Assembly (NCBI GenBank): GCA_046497275.1 | Contig: JAWOFX010000075.1 | Coordinates: forward strand, 1 to 32,000 | DNA from: Promethearchaeia archaeon | GTDB taxonomy: Archaea > Asgardarchaeota > Lokiarchaeia > Sigyniarchaeales > SOKP01 | Length of the DNA: 32,000 bases | Direction: 5' to 3' | Shown: positions 9,310 through 17,712 of the stretch, one piece after another | How positions within the stretch are numbered: the stretch's first letter is position 1 | Layout of the letters: every line of letters starts with the position of its first letter | Made by a program: the position numbers and the translations under genes | Notes under the pieces: generated by a model | Told to the model about the DNA's origin: nothing | Databases searched by the model: none | The model's input: the letters and a program-made list of their open reading frames with translations, nothing else

Positions 9310-11274
9310 ATGAAAAGGGAAAATATGGATATTATTATTGATTTTGAACCGATTTCAAGAAGAGTGACTCTCAAATCATACGAAAAAACATTATTTGAAA
9401 TATTGACTGAAATTAATATTAAGATTAAATCCTTATGTGGAGGTTTGGGGACATGTGGAAAATGTATAATAAGAATACAAGAAGGAAACGAATATTTAAA
9501 TGCCCTTACTGAAGCCGAGAAAAAATTTCTCACTAATGATCAAATTAAAAATGGATCTCGTTTAGCTTGTCAGACAAAAATAGACAGTAAATATGTATCA
9601 GAATTGATCCATAAGCCTACTCCTCAAATTAGGGTATATCTGCCTGAAAATTTACTAATTGAGGATTTTTCCATTTTAACATCTGGAATAGGAAAAGGAG
9701 TGGACCTAAATCCTACAATTGAGAAAATTTTAATAAGTGTTGAAAAACCAAATTTAGAAAAACCTATGGCCGATTATGAAAGAATACTAAAGGCGATTTT
9801 TAAGAAAAACTTAAATTTGAGTAGATCTCTCAAAATAGAATATAATTTACTTAAAAAAATACCTAACTTGTTAAGAAATGAAAAAAATGAGATAACAGTC
9901 ACGATTTGGGACGGGACACATATCATAGATCTCGAATATGGAAATAAAGTTAGTGAAAAATTTGGGATCGCCTTTGATATCGGAACTACTACTATAGTGG
10001 GATATTTAATAAATCTTTATAATCAAAAAATTTATGCTGTGCATTCTAAATTGAATCCTCAGACGGCATATGGAGAGGATGTCGTTACAAGAATAACTTA
10101 TATAAAAGATAATGAAAAAGGGCTTGATAAACTCCATCTCTCAATAACAGATGCACTAAATTCCATTATCGATGAAACGTGTCAAGATGCTAATGTATTA
10201 CCCAATCAGATTTATGAAGCAACCATTGTTGGAAATTCAGTAATGCATCATATTGCTTTAGGGTTGAACCCTATTCATATTGGATTGAGCCCTTATGTGC
10301 CAATTATTCAACAGGGTATAAATATTGAAGCGAAAAATATAGGTTTGAATATTTCTAAAAATGGAAATATATATGCATTACCTTTAATTGCGGGGTTTGT
10401 TGGTGCTGATACCATGGGAGTGATTCTTTCTTCAGAACTATATAAAGAAAAAGCATTAACTCTTGCAATAGATATTGGAACTAATGGAGAAATTATTATA
10501 GGAAACAAGGATGTGCTGATCACGGGAAGTTGCGCCGCAGGATCTGCTTTAGAAGGTGCTCATATTACACATGGTATGAGAGCAGCAGGGGGAGCAATTG
10601 AATCAGTTAATATCAATCCAGATACTCTTGAAGTATCATATAAAACCATTAAAAATAAAAAGGCTATCGGAATTTGTGGCTCGGGGTTAATTGATATTGT
10701 TGCTGAAATGTTGAAATCAAAGATTTTAACTCGGAGCGGTAATTTTAATAAAGAAATCAAGAATAATGAACGTTTTATTGATTATAATGACAAAAAAGAA
10801 TTTGTAATTGCATTTGGTGATCAAACTCCTTTAGATACACATATCTCTGTTTCTCTTCAAGATATACGTCAAATACAAATGGCTAAAGCAGCGTTTTATT
10901 CCGGGACACGTTTAATGTTGGAACATCTTAATAAAACGCATAATAAAACCTTTGAAATTGAACAAATATTTTTAGCAGGAGCCTTTGGTAATTATATCGA
11001 CAAAGAAAACGCGCGATTTATTGGCATGATTCCAGATATCGAATCCGAAAATATCTTTCAGATTGGAAATGCAGCGGGGTTGGGAGCCCAGTATTGTTTA
11101 ATTAATAAGGACTATCGCAAAAAAGCAATGGATTTATTAAAAAAAATAGAATATATAGAAATTGCGGTTAAAGAAAGATTCCAAAGAGAATATGCTGAAG
11201 CTATGTATTTTCCTCATATGAATCTTGATTTATTTCCACATTTGGAGCAATATAAGAACATCCCGAAACGATAA
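9310..11274 (+). CDS. ASKHA-domain reductive activator of corrinoid proteins (RACo/DUF4445 type) with N-terminal [2Fe-2S] ferredoxin
   Basis: CGGLGTCGKC...RLACQ ferredoxin motif. ASKHA motifs FDIGTTT, NPQ..YGEDVVTRI, GFVGAD, IDIGTNGEI, SCAAGSALEG, GICGSG, LAGAFG and GNAAG. Start could be ATG 9325. Confidence 0.92.
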   Translation: MKRENMDIIIDFEPISRRVTLKSYEKTLFEILTEINIKIKSLCGGLGTCGKCIIRIQEGNEYLNALTEAEKKFLTNDQIKNGSRLACQTKIDSKYVSELIHKPTPQIRVYLPENLLIEDFSILTSGIGKGVDLNPTIEKILISVEKPNLEKPMADYERILKAIFKKNLNLSRSLKIEYNLLKKIPNLLRNEKNEITVTIWDGTHIIDLEYGNKVSEKFGIAFDIGTTTIVGYLINLYNQKIYAVHSKLNPQTAYGEDVVTRITYIKDNEKGLDKLHLSITDALNSIIDETCQDANVLPNQIYEATIVGNSVMHHIALGLNPIHIGLSPYVPIIQQGINIEAKNIGLNISKNGNIYALPLIAGFVGADTMGVILSSELYKEKALTLAIDIGTNGEIIIGNKDVLITGSCAAGSALEGAHITHGMRAAGGAIESVNINPDTLEVSYKTIKNKKAIGICGSGLIDIVAEMLKSKILTRSGNFNKEIKNNERFIDYNDKKEFVIAFGDQTPLDTHISVSLQDIRQIQMAKAAFYSGTRLMLEHLNKTHNKTFEIEQIFLAGAFGNYIDKENARFIGMIPDIESENIFQIGNAAGLGAQYCLINKDYRKKAMDLLKKIEYIEIAVKERFQREYAEAMYFPHMNLDLFPHLEQYKNIPKR

Positions 11275-11287
11275 CAAAATTATCTCT

Positions 11288-11315
11288 TTCTAAGAAATGT
11301 TAAAAATTCTTGGAA
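11288..11315 (+). terminator. Possible terminator or operator hairpin downstream of the RACo gene
   Basis: TTCTAAGAA-10 nt-TTCTTGGAA forms a 9-bp stem with one G:U pair, 14 nt after the stop. There is no strong U-tract. Confidence 0.25.
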
Positions 11316-11445
11316 TAGTTAAAAAATTCATTTATTGCTCATTTAACTCATATTTATACAATCCTTTCTAAAAATTTTTAGTTTTACGTGTTTTATAACA
11401 ATTAAATTAATTATAGTGTTAGGAAGTAGATTTATTAGAAGAAAG

Positions 11446-12213
11446 ATGAAAAAATTTAATGAAAATAAGTATTTTACCCTAAAACAAGTTATAGAGAAGT
11501 TTGAAGGAGATGTTTCAAAAGAAGACGTCTTGAAATATATTAAACAAGAGAAAATAATTGGGAAAACATTCAAAGAAAATTGGTATATTAAAAAATCAGA
11601 GTTAAAAAAACTCCAAGATCTTATTATCAGAGAAAATATATACTTTGTAAAAGAACAATATATTGATTTATCTTCTCAAGATCTTAATTATGAAGGTAGA
11701 ATTTTAGATGTCGGAGGGGGAGGAGAAGGGGTAATTGGGCAGCTTTTAGGGCGAAATGTAGTGTCGATAGATATACATAAACAAGAATTTGAAGAAGCTA
11801 TAGAGAGTGGTGATAATAAAAGTCTTAAAATTATTATGGATGCGCGAGAAATGAAATTTTTAGATAATAGTTTTGATTTTGTAACCGCATTTTTCTCATT
11901 ATTATATATCCCTCTCGAAGATCTTGTCGCCGTTTTCAAGGAAATTAGTAGAGTCTTGAAAGAAGGGGGGATATTCTGTATTTGGGATTTAAAAATACCG
12001 AAAAATATTGAAAAAAATAAAAAAATTTATGGAATCCAACTAAAGATAAAAATCAATGGAAAAATAATAGAGACTGGCTATGGCGTTAAATGGAATAAGG
12101 AAAGGAATATGCAAACATATATAGATTTAGGTAAAACGACAAATTTTGACATTTTAAGTAAGAATCAAGATAAAAATATCTTTAAAATAAAGTTCAAAAA
12201 ATTAAATGATTAA
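11446..12213 (+). CDS. Class I SAM-dependent methyltransferase with N-terminal excisionase/MerR-like HTH
   Basis: Motif I ILDVGGGGEG, VVSIDI, MDAREMKFLDNSFDFV and ISRVLKEGG. N-terminal YFTLKQV...SKEDVLKYIKQEKI.G....ENWYIKKSEL resembles an HTH_17-type domain. ATG 11446 is preferred over the GTG at 11416. Confidence 0.8.
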   Translation: MKKFNENKYFTLKQVIEKFEGDVSKEDVLKYIKQEKIIGKTFKENWYIKKSELKKLQDLIIRENIYFVKEQYIDLSSQDLNYEGRILDVGGGGEGVIGQLLGRNVVSIDIHKQEFEEAIESGDNKSLKIIMDAREMKFLDNSFDFVTAFFSLLYIPLEDLVAVFKEISRVLKEGGIFCIWDLKIPKNIEKNKKIYGIQLKIKINGKIIETGYGVKWNKERNMQTYIDLGKTTNFDILSKNQDKNIFKIKFKKLND

Positions 12214-12260
12214 TATTAAAAATTATTTTACTGAATAACAACACATAATTGATTCTGTAA

Positions 12261-12470
12261 AAGGTAATAAATACACTTCCATTATCTAGAATTGCTTGTT
12301 TATTAAAAATAAATGTGTCAACTTTCAAAAAAGTATTAATGGATTATAATATCGAAACAAAACCTTCACATTTTTGGAGTTCAAAAGTATTAGCATCTGG
12401 ACATTCTATTGAGGTTCCAGAAAAGTGTGAGAAATTATTAAAAAATTTAGCTGAAACAAAAAACCTTTAA
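12261..12470 (+). pseudogene. Possible degenerate gene fragment or small ORF (ATG 12339, 43 aa)
   Basis: Stop-free frame reading TLPLSRIACLLKINVSTFKKVLMDYNIETKPSHFWSSK...EKCEKLLKNLAETKNL*. Composition looks protein-like, but there are in-frame stops upstream and no start for the N-terminal part. Confidence 0.2.
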
Positions 12471-12675
12471 ATAAAGAAATTTAAGCTTAAATTTATTATT
12501 ATAACGTGAAAGAAATTCAAAAATAATATAATAAAATATAAATTCTTTATATATACTAAATTTAATTTTATGTAAAAATATAAAAAACTTTAATTTATTC
12601 TTACATATATTAAATAAATAATTAAATACGTATTATTCTATTAATTATTATAATCGAAATTGAAAAAGTGATAAT

Positions 12676-13238
12676 ATGTCAAGTTTCAAATTAAAGGTCC
12701 TACTAACTGGAGCTGCCGCGGTTGGAAAAACCAGTCTAGTCCAGAGATTTATCAAAAATAGATTCCAGCAGAATTATAAACTCACAGTTGGTGTTGACAT
12801 CTTAACTAAGGATGTAGAATTTAAGCCGGGTGAAATCGCTACATTATCCATTTGGGATATTGGCGGGCAATCTTAGAAAATTTATTCTAAGACCCAAGAC
12901 AACGTTTCGAATTCATCCGGAGCACCTTCTATAAAGGAGCGGCAGGAGCTCTATTAGTATTCGACCTAACGCGAGAACAAACGTATACAGAAACAAGGAA
13001 ATGGTTAACTGAAATCAGACAATTTGCTGGAGAGAATATTCCATTTATACTAATTGGTAATAAAGCAGATTTATTAGAAGACGTCGGCAGAGTAATTGAC
13101 CAAGATGAAGCGAGAAATTTTGCGGAAAATGAAGGAAGTATTTATATTGAAACCTCCGCAAAGACAGGAGATAATGTTGAGGATTCATTTACAGAATTAA
13201 CTCGCCGTATAATTGAATCAAGAACTCAAGGGCAATAA
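12676..13238 (+). CDS. Rab-like small GTPase, 177 aa, split: join(12676..12869,12899..13238)
   Basis: Exon 1 (in the ORF track): G1 GAAAVGKT, TVGVD, LSIWDIGGQ. A different frame from 12900 (not in the ORF track; it contains no ATG/GTG/TTG) reads QRFEFIRSTFYKGAAGALLVFDLT...GNKAD...ETSAKTG...GQ*, covering RabF3-F5, G4 and G5. Removing 29 nt joins them as WDIGGQQRFEF. Confidence 0.92.
12870..12898 (+). other. Putative tRNA-type (relaxed bulge-helix-bulge/BHL) intron, 29 nt, in the Rab-like mRNA
   Basis: Pre-mRNA reads CGGG CA^A UCUUAGAA AAUUUA UUCUAAGA CCCA AG^A CAAC. It has a perfect 8-bp intron stem and a central helix GGG/CCC plus a C.A mismatch. The two 3-nt bulges are CAA and AGA. An exon-exon helix 12850-12862/12900-12912 pairs at 12 of 13 positions. 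Cutting after nt 2 of each bulge excises exactly 29 nt and restores the frame. Confidence 0.75.
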
Positions 13239-13447
13239 CAACTCTTTCTTTCCAATAAAATCTTAATCTTAATCACATTTTGGATTTGACTAAACCTATT
13301 TTTAAATTTATCTGATTAATCTTGTCCAAATTCTCTCTTAAATAAGAAGAAATTATGTTTAATGGACTTTAACCCATATTATATAAATATTTTTAAACTC
13401 AAATTTTCATTCTATTATTAAAATGAAAGAAAATAAATTCTAATAAG

Positions 13448-13452
13448 GGTGA
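13448..13452 (+). promoter_or_regulatory. Archaeal Shine-Dalgarno GGTGA
   Basis: GGTGA lies 4 nt upstream of ATG 13457. Confidence 0.6.
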
Positions 13453-13456
13453 GCGG

Positions 13457-15193
13457 ATGGATAAACAAAGAATTCTAAAAGAAGCTCAACAATTGGCATC
13501 AAAATATTCTTTTTGGATGGTTTCTGGCGATATTTCACATTTATATGGATATATTTATGAAACCCCCGATAAAAAATTTGAATTAGAGATAAAGTTTCCC
13601 GAACAATTCCCTCAAAAACCTCCCCACATAATATCTGATGATGACATTAAAAGTTATTTAGGAGAGCCTAATCTTAAAGGAATTTTACAATGGAGACCTG
13701 AGAATAATGTTTTGAATATTGTTGATGAATTATATGAAATGCTTCTAAATAAACTAGAACCTTCAAAATCTCAAGAAAAAGATATGATACAATCTCCCGA
13801 ACACCAAGATCTCTCAATAAGTAAACCTGAGGAAATCAATATTTCCTCAACACCGGATATTGATGAAACTGAAGAATATATAACACCAGATTTAAACCAA
13901 TATCCTCCGGATGATTTTATAGAACCAGAAGCTTTTACTCCTTCGGGAGATGAATTATTTTATGATGAGTCACCTATTTCACCCTCACCATCCCACGAAC
14001 CAACACAAGATCAAGATGAATATATCATTCCAGAAAATGCAGTCACTTCACCTGAAGAGCTTTTTATTTCTCCTGATTCTACAAGTCTGGCAAATAAAAC
14101 AGAATTAGCACTTCTCCAACAAGAATATGCATATGACCAAAAAACGGGAAACCCTGCCAATGTAGTTGTATATCTTACAATTACTTTAACCAGAACCTTT
14201 ATGATTAATATTGATTTCTCGAGCTATCCTGAGAAACCAACAATTTCTTTTCCAGATGAAGTTACCGCGTTAATTGGAAATCCCTACAATTCGTTGGAAT
14301 CTTTAAAAAATTGGAATAGTAAAAATCCTCCTCATATAATTGATATTTTCCATGAACTAGAGAAGAAATTATTTACACTTAAAGATATTGAAGAGCAATT
14401 GCGTAAAATCTCACAAGAATTTCAAATAGAGTCCGATTCGAGAAGTTTAACTATGATAAAAGTACATCTTCTCACCTATGGATTTGATGAATATGTCATT
14501 GATGTGGATTTAGAACCTTATCCTAATCCCCCAAAGATTGACATTTCTTCGGAATTAAAAGATATGATCGATAAACCTATTGAAGAATTTAATTCTATAC
14601 AGATATGGACTAATAATCAATCAGAACCTATTGAAGTGATAAGAGAATTATCGTGGTTAGTGGATAAATATTCTCGAATCAATTTTGAATTAGAATTACT
14701 CAAAGTTAATTATCAAAACGTTTCATATGATTCCACAGTAGATACTCTTAGGGTTGATATGAAAGGAAAAATGAAAACAGAGGATATAACATTTGAATTT
14801 AAAATTCAATTACCAAGAGATTATCCCATGAGTATACCAAAAATCTCTGTGATTAATGAATTTGAGTTAGAAACACATGAAAAAATTAGAGAAGATTTAC
14901 ATCACTCATTTGAAGACTTTTTCGATGAATGGACTCCTTATAATTATCTTGTTGATTTATTTAACTTAATTTCGAAAAAAATATTCGAAGTTTCAGTTAT
15001 TGCATGTGTAATATGTCACGATATTGAATGCCCAACTTGTTCTTTAAAGATTGCTGGCGAGGGAGAAACTTGTCATGTTGCTTGTCCATACTGTGATAGA
15101 GTTTATCATAAACATTGTTGGGATCAAACTATAAAATCTTTTGGGAAATGCGGTTTTTGTTTAAAAGTTCCTCCCCCCAATATGATGCCCTAA
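13457..15193 (+). CDS. Four UEV/RWD (E2-like, no catalytic Cys) domains plus a C-terminal C4HC3-type RING/Zn finger; putative E3 ligase
   Basis: RILKE...FELEIKFPEQFPQKPP...WRP gives an E2-fold signature without HPN or Cys. Three further YPxxP modules follow (SSYPEKP, EPYPNPP, RDYPMSIP) after an acidic Pro-rich linker. C-terminus is CVICH..CPTC...C...CPYC...YHKHCW...GKCGFC. Confidence 0.75.
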   Translation: MDKQRILKEAQQLASKYSFWMVSGDISHLYGYIYETPDKKFELEIKFPEQFPQKPPHIISDDDIKSYLGEPNLKGILQWRPENNVLNIVDELYEMLLNKLEPSKSQEKDMIQSPEHQDLSISKPEEINISSTPDIDETEEYITPDLNQYPPDDFIEPEAFTPSGDELFYDESPISPSPSHEPTQDQDEYIIPENAVTSPEELFISPDSTSLANKTELALLQQEYAYDQKTGNPANVVVYLTITLTRTFMINIDFSSYPEKPTISFPDEVTALIGNPYNSLESLKNWNSKNPPHIIDIFHELEKKLFTLKDIEEQLRKISQEFQIESDSRSLTMIKVHLLTYGFDEYVIDVDLEPYPNPPKIDISSELKDMIDKPIEEFNSIQIWTNNQSEPIEVIRELSWLVDKYSRINFELELLKVNYQNVSYDSTVDTLRVDMKGKMKTEDITFEFKIQLPRDYPMSIPKISVINEFELETHEKIREDLHHSFEDFFDEWTPYNYLVDLFNLISKKIFEVSVIACVICHDIECPTCSLKIAGEGETCHVACPYCDRVYHKHCWDQTIKSFGKCGFCLKVPPPNMMP

Positions 15194-15205
15194 CCTCAAT
15201 AAAAA

Positions 15206-16639
15206 TTAGTTTTGATCAATACATCTAAAGGTTTCAAAATCACCACATAGATCCTCATGAATGATCTTTATTCCGTCCATTAATTTTTCTCTTTCAACAA
15301 CTAAAGACAGATTAAGTTCATCCTTACTTTGAGAAATTGCTTTAACTTTTACGTCTTTTTTCCATAAGGCGTTAAAAATTTCCGCTTTTGTTTTATTCTC
15401 TAAAATTTTTAATCCTATGATATTAATAATTGATACTTTTTCCCAAGAGATTTCATAAAATTCTGAAAAAAAGTTTTCCTCCGTTAAGGCATTGATGGCT
15501 TTCCCTCCCTCTTTTCCTGTGACCACGAATGAAGTACTAATTTCTGATGAACTCTGAGCTACAAAAGAAACACTAATCTTATTTTTTCCCATTATTTCAA
15601 AAATCTTTGCTAAAACACCGGGAACGTCGACCATGCTTCCGGATGTGATGGTTATAATTGTAGCATCTTCTACGGTTGAGATTCCTTTTATCTGTTGTTT
15701 ATTTGTAATTTCAGAAATCGTGGTAAAATTCTCTTTCTCTAGTGGATTGGCAAAATTGCGTATCTCAAGTGGGATATTACGCTTTTCTATTGCCTCTAAG
15801 CATTTAGGATGCAATACTTTCACTCCAAAATTCGCTATTTGTTTTGCTTCCTTATAATCAAGTTGTTTAATTAATAGAGACTCTGGTATGTATTTTGGAT
15901 TAATAGCCAAAAGACCATCAACATCTTTCCATAAAATCACTCTTATATGTTTATCCGATCCCGTGTCATAAATAGACCTAGCAATAATCGTTGCGGTATA
16001 GTCTGATCCTCCTCGGCCTAAAGTTGTAATATATCCAATTTTATTTCTACCAATGAACCCCGTGACACAAAAGATTGCGTCTTTTTTAGGATTTTCTAAA
16101 AGGGGTATAATATGTTTTTTTACGCGATTATTTGTTAAATCATAATGAGGATATGCGTTATTAAATCTATCATCTGTTATAATTATGTCATCTGCGGATA
16201 TGAATACGGATTCAAACCCTTTACTTAATAGAAATTGATTGAGAATATATGTGGAGATTCTTTCTCCAAAACTCGCAACATAATCTCGATAGTAAGGTTC
16301 AAGTCCGAATTCTTCGATATCTGATAAACTATCTTCTAATTCACTTAATCTTGTATCAAGCCACTCTTTACTATTATTATAATGGTCTGTATTTTGCTTA
16401 AAAATATCTTCAATAACATCTAAATGTTTTTTTTCAATAAGTGTTATATTCCGATCAACATATTTATCATCTTTTACATTTTCGGCGGTTTTTAATAACA
16501 TATCTGTAATTCCATTGAACGCGGAGGCTATATATATCTTTTTCTTATCCTTATAAAGTTTAGTAATCTCTATGATTTTCTCAAACGCTTCAGCATCTTG
16601 TAAACAACTTCCACCGAATTTCATTACAACTACGGGCAT
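15206..16639 (-). CDS. lysC: Aspartate kinase with two ACT domains
   Basis: VMKFGGS, SFGERIS, TTLGRGGSDYTA, WKDVDG and KVLHP motifs. C-terminal ACT motifs GVLAKIFEIMGKNKISV..VAQSSSE and AISQS..ELNLSLVV. Confidence 0.95.
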   Translation of the reverse strand: MPVVVMKFGGSCLQDAEAFEKIIEITKLYKDKKKIYIASAFNGITDMLLKTAENVKDDKYVDRNITLIEKKHLDVIEDIFKQNTDHYNNSKEWLDTRLSELEDSLSDIEEFGLEPYYRDYVASFGERISTYILNQFLLSKGFESVFISADDIIITDDRFNNAYPHYDLTNNRVKKHIIPLLENPKKDAIFCVTGFIGRNKIGYITTLGRGGSDYTATIIARSIYDTGSDKHIRVILWKDVDGLLAINPKYIPESLLIKQLDYKEAKQIANFGVKVLHPKCLEAIEKRNIPLEIRNFANPLEKENFTTISEITNKQQIKGISTVEDATIITITSGSMVDVPGVLAKIFEIMGKNKISVSFVAQSSSEISTSFVVTGKEGGKAINALTEENFFSEFYEISWEKVSIINIIGLKILENKTKAEIFNALWKKDVKVKAISQSKDELNLSLVVEREKLMDGIKIIHEDLCGDFETFRCIDQN

Positions 16640-16806
16640 ATTTTCGATCTTTAAAATACACTATATCTTAAAATTTTAATTTTTCTTTCAGAAACAAGAT
16701 ATCTTTTAATAAAGAAAAGTAAATTTAAATAATACAAAAATAAAAGTATTATTCGAGGGAATTTTAATTTATAACTTGATCAATATAAGAAAATAAATCT
16801 AAAATT

Positions 16807-17565
16807 ATGATATATAACAATCTAACATTTCAAGTTTCTGGAATAAGCGCTTTAATAGCTGTGTGTATTGGATTTATAATGGGATCGATAGTTCTGTATA
16901 GATCCATTAAGACAAAAGATAGATTAGTTTTCTCTTTTTTTTTGGCGGTGATTTTCACTTTATCTCCATGGTATCCTAGTGGATTTGGGTATTTAATTTG
17001 GTTATTTACTCAAGGTGGTTTTTTACATCAGTCTTTCTATATTTTAATCGGTACTATAGCAATTCCAATAGCAATAATTGCGTGGTTAGATGTTTATATG
17101 GCGACTATAAGACCAAGAAATAGAACATTTGTTCTTTTAATTTTTGGCGGTCTCTCAGTTGTTTTTGAAATATATTTATTCTATTTTCTATTTATTGCCC
17201 CAAATGCTCCAATTTACGAGATATTAGGAATCATCTCAATGGAGATAAATCCTTTAGATATTGATTATAAAGGTTTTGTATTGATTTATTTAGCTATCGC
17301 GATTATTTCTGCATGTGCAACTGGAATTCATTTTTCCTATACGTCATTAAAAATTGATGAGAAACCAGTGATTTGGAAAGGACGATTCCTGTTTCTAGCA
17401 TTTACTTTTTTCAGTATAGCGGCAATCTTTGATGCAGTGATCGATTTGGGGCCGATATTTATAGTAATAATTAGAATAGTTCTTATTTTAGCAATCTTTT
17501 TCTTTTATGCGGGGTTTTTATTACCCAAATGGATAAGAAAACTCTTACATCTTCCTTTACCCTAA
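16807..17565 (+). CDS. Uncharacterised ~7-TM membrane protein
   Basis: About seven hydrophobic segments with short loops, ending in GFLLPKW. No soluble domain. Confidence 0.8.
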   Translation: MIYNNLTFQVSGISALIAVCIGFIMGSIVLYRSIKTKDRLVFSFFLAVIFTLSPWYPSGFGYLIWLFTQGGFLHQSFYILIGTIAIPIAIIAWLDVYMATIRPRNRTFVLLIFGGLSVVFEIYLFYFLFIAPNAPIYEILGIISMEINPLDIDYKGFVLIYLAIAIISACATGIHFSYTSLKIDEKPVIWKGRFLFLAFTFFSIAAIFDAVIDLGPIFIVIIRIVLILAIFFFYAGFLLPKWIRKLLHLPLP

Positions 17566-17712
17566 ACTCGAATTATCATTTCTAGTCATCTGACTATTAG
17601 AATCTTCTTTTCAAAAAGAAACTTAAATATAAAAATTTAATTTCGTTTACTGATTTTATAATTCAAATTAAATCCTATCATTTAATAACTTCTCATAAGT
17701 TATGTGGTTATA

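Noticed and set aside
11288-11315. Shared TTCTAAGA octamer between this hairpin and the intron stem
   Set aside because: An 8-mer match in AT-rich DNA is expected by chance; it also occurs in coding sequence near 21710. The arm order is reversed and there are no BHB flanks.
12676-12876. The 66-aa ORF as a complete gene or a simple Rab pseudogene
   Set aside because: The missing two-thirds of the Rab lie intact in another frame with no further lesions, and the single insertion has splice-motif geometry. A recent inactivating insertion cannot be fully excluded without RNA data.
12871-12890. Programmed frameshift or pyrrolysine/stop readthrough at TAG 12874
   Set aside because: Readthrough stays in the wrong frame. 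The exon-2 frame has its own TAA at 12888, downstream of the TAG, so one shift cannot connect the halves.
12870-12899. Insert as sequencing adapter or MITE
   Set aside because: It does not resemble the Illumina or Nextera adapter sequences I know. The inverted repeat is not terminal (7 extra nt on the 3' side), and I saw no second full copy in the window.
12868-12902. Ribosomal bypassing (T4 gene 60 or byp-like) between matching CAA codons
   Set aside because: The matching codons and hairpin are suggestive. However, hopping would give GGQRF, one residue short of the conserved GQ-x-RF spacing, and the stop does not directly follow the take-off codon. It is kept only as a minor alternative, testable by MS (GGQR versus GGQQR).
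16807-17565. Rhodopsin assignment for the 7-TM protein
   Set aside because: There is no retinal-binding Lys in helix 7 and no DxxxK motif.
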